Of a DNA stretch of 64,000 nt, positions 8,876 through 17,017 are shown in pieces. Each line of letters starts with the position of its first letter. The stretch's first letter is position 1. Position numbers and translations under genes: made by a program. The DNA is from Obrimoposthia wandeli (Eukaryota): NCBI GenBank assembly GCA_977020255.1, contig CDROCS010000506.1, positions 3,286,001 through 3,350,000 of the forward strand. The letters are read 5' to 3'. Below the pieces are notes generated by a model. That model saw only the letters and a list, made by a program, of their open reading frames with translations, did not search any database and was not told the DNA's origin.

Positions 8876-11363
8876 ATGCCTTATGTGAAACCTGATAATT
8901 TTCTGTGAGCGCTGCCAATGAAAGTGGTCGATCAAAATAATAGCCCTGAACTAGGTCACAGTTATAATGATACAGGCGGTCATACTGTTCCTTTGTTTCA
9001 ACGCCTTCAGCTATCACTGTTAAATCACACAATTGTCCAATGGCAATAATGGTTTTGACTAAAGATTCACTTTGACTATTGGTCAGGAATTTATCAATAA
9101 ATGAGCGATCAATTTTTATTTCAGTGATCGGCATATTGCTTAGGTAACTTAGTGAGGAGTAGCCGGTACCAAAATCATCAAGCGATAATTTAAAACCATA
9201 ATCTCTGATGGCTTGTAAAATAGGCTGCACTTTAGCTAAATCATTAATTAACACATTTTCAGTAATTTCCAAGGTAACCAGCGTATGATCAGCTGCCATG
9301 TCAGTCGTTATCTTTATCAAGTTACTGATAAAATCGGGTTCCATTAACTGCTTAGGAGAAATATTAATTGATAGTTGTAGTTGAACATCGCTGTCGCGAT
9401 TAAAGCGTAAAATATCAGTTAATGATTTTTCAATTACAAAACGGCCTATGTCATTGATGATACCAACGTCTTCAGCGACTTTAATGAACTCTACTGGCGA
9501 GATATGCCCAAGTTTGGGGTTATACCAACGTACTAATGCCTCAACCCCGTAAATAATCCCTGTCGCGACATTAATTTGTGGTTGATAAAGTACGTCGAGT
9601 TCATTCTTTTCGATCGCTAAATGTAATTCAGATTCCAGTAACAAGTCGTGTTTAACCTGGGTATTGATGGCATCATTAAAGAATAAATAATTGCCTTTTT
9701 GCTGTGACTTGGATTTATACAAGACAATGTCAGCTTTACTAATCAGTTGTTCGCTGGCATAGCCGTCATCTGGAAACATTGCCACGCCAATACTGCAACT
9801 TGAATGAATCGATTTACCATTAATAACAAAATTCTGTTTGAATAGTTCACATATGCCTTTGGCTTTTTTCTCGGCTGCGGCTAAGTTATCTAGCATCGGA
9901 AAGCAAAAAATAAATTCATCGCCACCAAATCGAGCCACACTGTCACCAGGCGATAACATTTTGTTGAATGTGGTACCAAGTCTTGTCAGTAATTTATCGC
10001 CAACGGAATGGCCGTATAAATCATTTATTTTCTTAAAATCATCAAGATCAACAAACATGAGCGCTAACTTTTTATTGTTTTTCTTCGACAGGGCAATACC
10101 TTCTTCTATGTAGGTATCGAACAATACTCTGTTAGGCAGTTTGGTCAATGAATCGTGTAACGCTTGGTATTGCAGTTGTTCTTTTATTTGGTTCAACTCA
10201 TAAAAATCGTCGCTTATTTTACTTTCATAGGTGGCGAATCTACGGCCTAAATAGTTAGCGAAAATAAGCGATAAAGCCACAAAAAAGACGGTAACAAATG
10301 AACTCAACCATAATATTTTGGTTAGATCTTGCTTATTTTGCAGGTCAATCGCAGTCTCTCGAGTCGTAAGATAATCTTCAATTTCACTGACGTATACACC
10401 AGAACCGATAGCCCATTGCCAGTCTGGGAAGCCCATTATATAACTGATCTTTTCAGCTGGTTGGTTGGTGTTTGGCATCATTGAACTAACATACTTAAGA
10501 AAACCACTGCCTTGCTCGGCGACGTCGATAATCTGTTTGGCGTTGGAAATATTCTGTTCATTAAGCGTATTGTATCTATTGGTATTTTTAACATTATCAT
10601 TGTAATGGGATAAATAATTACCCTGATAATCGATGACAAAAATATAGCCATTGCTACCATAACGGATATTGGAAATACGGTGTAATAAGCGTTGTTTAAT
10701 GTCATTTTCGACATCAATGACATATTCACCTGTACTTATAATCCAGTCGTAAGGTGCAAATCGTTTACTAAAACCAATCTTCTCAAATTCTTGTTCTTTA
10801 TTTTGCGGTTTCACAAACCACCACCGCGTAAACCCTTCATCTTCAGCTGTGACTAATTTGACGATATCGCGAAGAATATAATTGCCTCTTTCATCTTGGA
10901 GATCAGCTTTATCGGTACCCTCAAAGTCTGGCAGGGTAGGGTGCATGATATTAAAACCATTGGTTTTATAAATGAAATAATAACCGCGCCCTTGGTTAAA
11001 GCGAACACTTCTTAAAGCGTCAGTAATTAACTTGGTGACCTGCGCTTCAGATTTATCCTTGTTTGCTTCATAAATCGTAGTAGCAATATTATGAGCTTGA
11101 TAAACACGCGATTTAATCGATTTTTTTAATAACGCTTCGGTATTACTTTTTTCGTAATTGATTTGTTGAAAAACTTGTTGGACTTGATATTTAGCTTGTT
11201 CTTGTTCTTTTTTTATAAAATCTTGGCGCAGGGTGACGATATCTTTGTTCAGCTTGGTTTGGTTATTGTTAATGACAATAACGTTAACCAAAATAGCGAA
11301 GATAATGACGATAATAGGAGGTATTACTTTTATCAACCGCAGTATTTTTAGATCATGAGTCAT
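8874..11363 (-). CDS. Membrane-bound tandem Cache-2 sensor, GGDEF-EAL c-di-GMP enzyme
   Basis: TM helix, two Cache-like repeats (GRGYYFIY...DWIISTGEY; NGYIFVID...WAIGSGVY), second TM, then HDSLTKLPNR, RFGGDEF, GVEALVRW, LEITE, DDFGTGYSSL and AEGVET. Confidence 0.9.
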   Translation of the reverse strand: MTHDLKILRLIKVIPPIIVIIFAILVNVIVINNNQTKLNKDIVTLRQDFIKKEQEQAKYQVQQVFQQINYEKSNTEALLKKSIKSRVYQAHNIATTIYEANKDKSEAQVTKLITDALRSVRFNQGRGYYFIYKTNGFNIMHPTLPDFEGTDKADLQDERGNYILRDIVKLVTAEDEGFTRWWFVKPQNKEQEFEKIGFSKRFAPYDWIISTGEYVIDVENDIKQRLLHRISNIRYGSNGYIFVIDYQGNYLSHYNDNVKNTNRYNTLNEQNISNAKQIIDVAEQGSGFLKYVSSMMPNTNQPAEKISYIMGFPDWQWAIGSGVYVSEIEDYLTTRETAIDLQNKQDLTKILWLSSFVTVFFVALSLIFANYLGRRFATYESKISDDFYELNQIKEQLQYQALHDSLTKLPNRVLFDTYIEEGIALSKKNNKKLALMFVDLDDFKKINDLYGHSVGDKLLTRLGTTFNKMLSPGDSVARFGGDEFIFCFPMLDNLAAAEKKAKGICELFKQNFVINGKSIHSSCSIGVAMFPDDGYASEQLISKADIVLYKSKSQQKGNYLFFNDAINTQVKHDLLLESELHLAIEKNELDVLYQPQINVATGIIYGVEALVRWYNPKLGHISPVEFIKVAEDVGIINDIGRFVIEKSLTDILRFNRDSDVQLQLSINISPKQLMEPDFISNLIKITTDMAADHTLVTLEITENVLINDLAKVQPILQAIRDYGFKLSLDDFGTGYSSLSYLSNMPITEIKIDRSFIDKFLTNSQSESLVKTIIAIGQLCDLTVIAEGVETKEQYDRLYHYNCDLVQGYYFDRPLSLAALTENYQVSHKA

Positions 11364-11538
11364 TTGTATTGAATCGCTTACGGTTGATTATCTGAAGTTA
11401 GCAATATAATAAAATCAACGGGATAAATAAAGGAGTACAGGCTTAAAAATACTTTAAACCTGTATTTACTTTACGGATATAGCATTGATTATTAAAAATA
11501 TCCTTTTTATTATGGAACAATGTTGATTTAATTTAGCC

Positions 11539-12795
11539 TTACTTCGGCATTAACATTTGCACATCATCGCCACTTGGCTGCTGAAAAGCCTGTAGTCCAA
11601 ATTCAGGTAATACCGAAAAAATATGATCGAATATATCGGCTTGTATGTCTTCATAAAAAGCCCAACGGGTCTCGTCGGTAAAGATATAGACCTCGATTGG
11701 CATACCTTGTGTGGTAGGCGCTAACTGTCTGACCAATAAGGTCATGTCTTTACGTACTTTGGGGTGCTGTCGCAAGTATGCTAATAAATAAGCTCTGAAT
11801 GTACCAATATTTGTTAAACAGCGGCTATTTACCGCTTGCTCGTTATCACTAAATGGTAGGTTAAAGGTGTTGATATCGACGCTTTTATCAGCCAGATAGT
11901 TTTTTAATAAATGCACGTGGCTAAGACGCTCGGTATCTTCTTTGGTTAAAAAGCTAATACTTTGGATATTGATAAAGACACTGCGTTTGATACGACGTCC
12001 ACCGGAGTCACTCATACCACGCCAGTTGGTAAATGCATCTGATACTAACGCGTAAGCGGGTAACATCGTGATAGTTTTATCAAAATTACGTACCTTCACG
12101 GTTGTGAGTGATACTTCTTCTACTGTGCCGTTGGCACCGTATTTATCCATTTGGATCCAATCACCTCTGGTCACCATTTGATTTGTGGCTAACTGAATAC
12201 CAGCGACAAAGCCTAAAATGGTGTCTCTAAATATCAGCATGATGAAACCTGTAGCGACACCTAAACCACTTAAAAAATAAATGGGTGATTGGTTGGATAA
12301 AATCGACACGGTTATAATTGCAGCAACAAAAAATAAGAACAGTTTAATTAGTTGGATGAAACTGGTGATGGGTAAGCGTTGGGTCGCGCTATGTTCATCG
12401 GCTATTTGCGTTATCGCATTAAGCACTGAATATATCGCCCGTATCAATAAAATCACCAAAAGGGCGGTCAGCAGACGGCCTATAATTTCGGTGAAATAAG
12501 GCGATAATACGGTAAATAAAGGTAGCAGTATTTCTATGACTAGTAGCGGTACTAATAAGGCGAACTTTTCTAACACGCCATGTGCAACAAACGTATCATC
12601 CCAAGTTACTTTAGAGCGTACAGACATCAACCTCATCGCTTTAATCACGACGCGTTTTACAACTAAATAGGATATGCCTGCGAGCGTTAAACACAGCACA
12701 ACTAATATGAGGTTGTACGTACTTGAATCTGCCTTGTTTAATGCATCGCTATCTGCGAGCCATTGCGAGATGGCCAATCTTAATTCTTGATCCAA
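11539..12795 (-). CDS. MscS-family mechanosensitive channel (YbdG/MscM-like)
   Basis: DTILGFVAGIQL, GDWIQM, TTVKVRNFDKT, FTNWRGMSDSGGRRIKRS and GTFRAY. Probable start is TTG 12795, 8 nt after AAGGA; the ORF track extends to 12876. Confidence 0.88.
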   Translation of the reverse strand: MDQELRLAISQWLADSDALNKADSSTYNLILVVLCLTLAGISYLVVKRVVIKAMRLMSVRSKVTWDDTFVAHGVLEKFALLVPLLVIEILLPLFTVLSPYFTEIIGRLLTALLVILLIRAIYSVLNAITQIADEHSATQRLPITSFIQLIKLFLFFVAAIITVSILSNQSPIYFLSGLGVATGFIMLIFRDTILGFVAGIQLATNQMVTRGDWIQMDKYGANGTVEEVSLTTVKVRNFDKTITMLPAYALVSDAFTNWRGMSDSGGRRIKRSVFINIQSISFLTKEDTERLSHVHLLKNYLADKSVDINTFNLPFSDNEQAVNSRCLTNIGTFRAYLLAYLRQHPKVRKDMTLLVRQLAPTTQGMPIEVYIFTDETRWAFYEDIQADIFDHIFSVLPEFGLQAFQQPSGDDVQMLMPK

Positions 12796-13071
12796 TGTAA
12801 ATATCCTTGTTAATACCAGTGTGATGTCATGAAGTGAGTGCGTATTGATGGTAGGCAATCGACTCTTTTTTATCAAGTATTTATATTGTTCTGTAGCTAC
12901 TACTGAATGAATATGACGCTATTTAGCGCTGTCTTGTTACTTATTGCCTTATTGATAAAGAACATTAAAATAGCTATTACTTCACTAAAAAGAGCTTTGC
13001 TAATAGCGAAAAACAATTTTATAACATACATTGAACAAGTTTTTATCATTTTGAGAGGGAAGGCACATAAC

Positions 13072-14508
13072 ATGGCAATGAAGCTTATTTTAATTATTTT
13101 GTTTGGACTCGCACCTGCAACGTTTGCATTTGCGTCAGGTGGTGGGGAGATTATTGATCTCACGACGTCCAGAATAGGCTATTTTGCGATCATTATTTTT
13201 ACCTGCGCATACTTGCTGGTAATGGCGGAAGAGCATTTACATTTACGAAAATCAAAACCTGTACTGGTCGCTGCTGGTGTCATCTGGGCTCTGATCGGTT
13301 GGCACTATGCTAGCCTAGGTATGTCCGATGTCGCTGAGGCTGCGTTTAGGCATAACCTGCTCGAGTATGCAGAGTTATTACTATTCTTACTGGTAGCGAT
13401 GACTTACATCAATGCGATGGAAGAGCGTCAACTATTTGATGCATTGCGCAGTTGGATGTTAAGTAAAGGCTTGGATTTAAGAGGACTGTTTTGGTTAACG
13501 GGTATTTTGGCATTCTTCATCTCGCCGATTGCCGATAACTTAACAACGGCTCTACTTATGTGTGCTGTGGTATTGAAAGTGGCAGGGGAAGATAAGAAAT
13601 TTATTAACCTTGCGTGTATTAACATTGTTGTTGCCGCGAATGCGGGTGGTGCATTCAGCCCGTTTGGTGATATTACAACGTTAATGGTATGGCAAAAAGG
13701 CATGGTTGCATTTAACGAATTTGCCGCGCTATTCCTACCTTCTGTGATTAACTTTGTTGTACCAGCGACTATTATGACGTTCTTCATTCCTAAAAATGCC
13801 AAGTTATCCGGCGTTCAAGAAGTCGTGCATACCAAGCGTGGTGCCAAACGTATTGTGTTGTTATTCCTACTAACAGTTGCATCTGCGGTTGCTGCGCACA
13901 GTGTTCTACACATGCCGCCAGTACTGGGTATGATGACAGGTCTAGGTTATCTACAATTCTTCGGTTACTTCCTGCGTAAAACATTACCAATTTCGCTAGA
14001 GCGTAAACGCGCGAAGGCAGAACTTGATCAGGATGAAAAAACCTTGCAACAGCTTGGTAGCGTCGTACCGTTTGACGTATTCCACAAAGTAGCTAAAGCG
14101 GAGTGGGATACCTTGTTATTCTTCTACGGCGTTATTATGTGTGTGGGTGGTTTAGGCTTTATGGGTTACCTAAGTTTGGCATCTGGCATTATGTATGGCA
14201 CGTGGGATACTACAGCGGCTAACGTGGCAGTCGGTATCTTGTCGGCGATTGTTGATAATATTCCGGTGATGTTTGCGGTATTAAGCATGGAACCTGATAT
14301 GTCATTAGGTCAATGGTTATTGGTGACACTAACAGCAGGCGTGGGCGGTAGTTTATTATCTATCGGTTCAGCGGCGGGTGTTGCACTGATGGGTCAAGCA
14401 CGTGGTCTGTATACCTTTGCAGGTCACTTACGTTGGGCACCAGTGATTGCACTGGGTTACATCGCCTCTATTCTTTGTCATCTATGGCTGAACTCAGCCA
14501 TTATGTAA
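13072..14508 (+). CDS. nhaD: Na+/H+ antiporter NhaD
   Basis: LRKSKPVL, SPIADNLTTAL, ANAGGAFSPFGDITT, SAIVDNIP and GGSLLSIGSAAGVA. Start at ATG 13072 after GAGGGAAGG. Confidence 0.9.
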   Translation: MAMKLILIILFGLAPATFAFASGGGEIIDLTTSRIGYFAIIIFTCAYLLVMAEEHLHLRKSKPVLVAAGVIWALIGWHYASLGMSDVAEAAFRHNLLEYAELLLFLLVAMTYINAMEERQLFDALRSWMLSKGLDLRGLFWLTGILAFFISPIADNLTTALLMCAVVLKVAGEDKKFINLACINIVVAANAGGAFSPFGDITTLMVWQKGMVAFNEFAALFLPSVINFVVPATIMTFFIPKNAKLSGVQEVVHTKRGAKRIVLLFLLTVASAVAAHSVLHMPPVLGMMTGLGYLQFFGYFLRKTLPISLERKRAKAELDQDEKTLQQLGSVVPFDVFHKVAKAEWDTLLFFYGVIMCVGGLGFMGYLSLASGIMYGTWDTTAANVAVGILSAIVDNIPVMFAVLSMEPDMSLGQWLLVTLTAGVGGSLLSIGSAAGVALMGQARGLYTFAGHLRWAPVIALGYIASILCHLWLNSAIM

Positions 14509-14563
14509 TAGTGAAAAAATAAACGGATTAGCTGTGATAAACAAACAGACTAATCCTTTATCG

Positions 14564-14610
14564 ATAAAAGAACTAATCACATTTACTTGCTGGTTAGTTC
14601 TTTTTTTTAT
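14564..14610. terminator. Hairpin terminator between convergent nhaD and MFS gene
   Basis: AAAGAACTAATCA...TGGTTAGTTCTTTTTTTT inverted repeat with T-run. Confidence 0.6.
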
Positions 14611-14613
14611 CTG

Positions 14614-16758
14614 TTAACTATTCTTATCTATCTCATCAGCCTGCGTTTGTACGGCATATTGCAACTGTTCTTCTAGCTCATCATGTTCTGGTTTATCTTT
14701 AATTGAGGTACTCAAATCACTGTCATTAAACACATCTGAGTCTTGTAAGATCTCAACCATGTCAGAGGCGATATCGGGTACCGAGTCAATCATGGTACTG
14801 GCGATATCGGCTGCGTATTCAGGAATCGTCTCAGCAACTTGAGTGACGTAATCATTAACTGCACTTTCAATATTCGCTGTGGCATCGCCTGGTGTTGCTT
14901 GTTCGCTTTCAATAAGATTACTCACATAAGCTTCGGCAACCACGTTTGATGACTCTGGATACGCTTCAGATACAGCTAGCGCGAAGTCGGCTGATTGCGT
15001 AGGTGACACATCTGTTAAACGGCTGTATAGCTCGGTAGCTGTTTGCTCAGTCGCAGCCGCTGCACGATCGACAGGACGCATATCGTCTAACGAATCAGAT
15101 AGACTTGTCATGTATTGGTCGGTCATTTCCAGCAATTCATCTTGGTGATCTCCAACCATATTTTCGGCCGCAATCTCCATCATATTAATGCCGTTATCAG
15201 GCATTGAATTAGCGATGGCAACAATAATATTGGTAAATTGATCGGGACGCTCGGTGGTGATCCAGTCAACTAATTCGTCCGCTTGTTCTGGCGAAGCGTT
15301 GGTAAGTGCTTCTGCAATATGTATGCTCATCTCGGGTGCGGCAGTGGTGATTGCATGATACAAGCGGCTGATATCAATTTCGTCAATGGTACTTAATGCC
15401 GCCGCTAAGTTAGAGGCATTGTTAGGATCGCGCATCGCTAATGATTTGGCCATGTTCACGGCAGCAGCAGGGTTTTTAGCCGCTAAACTAATAGCCACTT
15501 CAACTTCAGAGGTTTGTTCGAAAGATGGCTGTGCATACTGGGTTCGGGGATCCAGTTCTGATGCTACACCGGAAGGCGTTTGCATGATAAAGTTTTCTTG
15601 TTCATCGCGCGGTAACGCTGTTTGTTTTAGCATATTACCGATAATCAAAGCCAATAAGGTAATGGCGGTTATGCTAGTAAATGCAAATAATGCAGCACTG
15701 CCGAACATGTTCATTGCGATAGACGCGAGGTTGGGACCGAGAATACTACCCAGCGCATAAATCAGTAGTAGTGAGCCCATCGCCGCTAAAATTTGTTCTC
15801 GCAATACCTTATCAAATGTTTCTGACATGCTCATTGGATAGAGACAAGCGGTTAAGCCCATGACGACCGCTATGACGAATAAGGTAAGGTTAAATTGCGA
15901 AGAATTAATTAACTGTGGCACTAATAAAGACAATGCCGCGATGATTAATACCATGGCGATCATTGTTTTACGGCGGTCAAAGCGGTCAGATAAATAAGCT
16001 ATCGGATATTGGAATATGATGGCGCCAAAAATAGATGCCCCCATGAATATGGATAAACTGAAACCTTGAATACCGTTATCACTGGCAAAAATAGGCAGCA
16101 TATTAACTAAACCAGCGTACATAAACCCGCCATAAAAACAACAGATAACCCCAAGTGGCGATAGTTTAATGATGGTCATTAAGGACATGGATTGACTGTC
16201 TTCAATCTGTGGACCGAGCTGTTTACTGATAACGATAGGGGTGATCGAAAGGCTAAATAAAATACCTGAGATAATAAACAAAGTCACATCGGTGATTGGT
16301 GCAACGTTTAACAAGAATTGCCCTGAAAACAATGCCGACATGATCACCATTTGGTTAATTGATAATATGCGTCCGCGGCTTTCTTCTGTAGCACTGTGAC
16401 TTAACCAACTATCGAGCGTGGCATTGGCACACGCCATGCAAAATCCGGTTAACATACGCATTGCTGCAAGCATTAATGGTTCTGGATACAAACCTGAAAG
16501 TAAGATCGCAACCGAGGTTAAGCTACCACACATCGCAAATATGCGGATATGACCAACCCGTTGTAATAATTTACGGCTATAAATCGCACCCAGTAAAAAA
16601 CCCACAGATAGCATAGATAAGATGATACCTATGTTATCGACGCTGATACCGTCATTTTGCATGCGTACAGGCAATAAAATATTACTTAGGCCGTAACCCA
16701 GCATGAGTAAAAAGCCACTGACGAGTAGTAAGATAAAAGGTTTAAGGGTTGCGGTCAC
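14614..16758 (-). CDS. YcaD-like MFS transporter with long acidic repeat-containing C-terminal extension
   Basis: Residues 1-~380 form a 12-TM MFS (RVGHIRIF, DSWL...RGRIL, YLSDRFDRRK, ending ELDPR). Residues ~410-714 are soluble, acidic, with 15-aa periodicity. Confidence 0.85.
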   Translation of the reverse strand: MTATLKPFILLLVSGFLLMLGYGLSNILLPVRMQNDGISVDNIGIILSMLSVGFLLGAIYSRKLLQRVGHIRIFAMCGSLTSVAILLSGLYPEPLMLAAMRMLTGFCMACANATLDSWLSHSATEESRGRILSINQMVIMSALFSGQFLLNVAPITDVTLFIISGILFSLSITPIVISKQLGPQIEDSQSMSLMTIIKLSPLGVICCFYGGFMYAGLVNMLPIFASDNGIQGFSLSIFMGASIFGAIIFQYPIAYLSDRFDRRKTMIAMVLIIAALSLLVPQLINSSQFNLTLFVIAVVMGLTACLYPMSMSETFDKVLREQILAAMGSLLLIYALGSILGPNLASIAMNMFGSAALFAFTSITAITLLALIIGNMLKQTALPRDEQENFIMQTPSGVASELDPRTQYAQPSFEQTSEVEVAISLAAKNPAAAVNMAKSLAMRDPNNASNLAAALSTIDEIDISRLYHAITTAAPEMSIHIAEALTNASPEQADELVDWITTERPDQFTNIIVAIANSMPDNGINMMEIAAENMVGDHQDELLEMTDQYMTSLSDSLDDMRPVDRAAAATEQTATELYSRLTDVSPTQSADFALAVSEAYPESSNVVAEAYVSNLIESEQATPGDATANIESAVNDYVTQVAETIPEYAADIASTMIDSVPDIASDMVEILQDSDVFNDSDLSTSIKDKPEHDELEEQLQYAVQTQADEIDKNS

Positions 16759-16975
16759 AAGTGTATTCTCTTCTTTGTTAAGTCTAATTTAGTCTAAAAT
16801 TATTAATTCTTTATTTCAATTAGGGTTTATAACATATATTAAACAAGTCATGAGATCTGATGACACATTTGTATAAATATAGCCGTATATAAAGATATTT
16901 TGTCAGGGATTGGATGATGATTGATGAGAGACTTGATAAGCTTATTTTAGTGGCATTTTCACATTTGCTAAAATG

Positions 16976-16991
16976 CTGTATACTTAACCAG
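16976..16991. promoter_or_regulatory. LexA (SOS) box upstream of polB
   Basis: CTGTATACTTAACCAG matches CTG-N10-CAG, 26 nt before the polB start; polB is an established LexA-regulon gene. Confidence 0.8.
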
Positions 16992-17017
16992 TCTTACACT
17001 ACTTTTTCTGGTTAATT

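Noticed and set aside
12907-13071. 55-aa N-terminal extension of NhaD in the ORF track
   Set aside because: AT-rich promoter-like DNA; a clear RBS precedes ATG 13072. The same applies to track extensions of yciV, mscS, nagA, benE, dld-II, MCP and BCCT.
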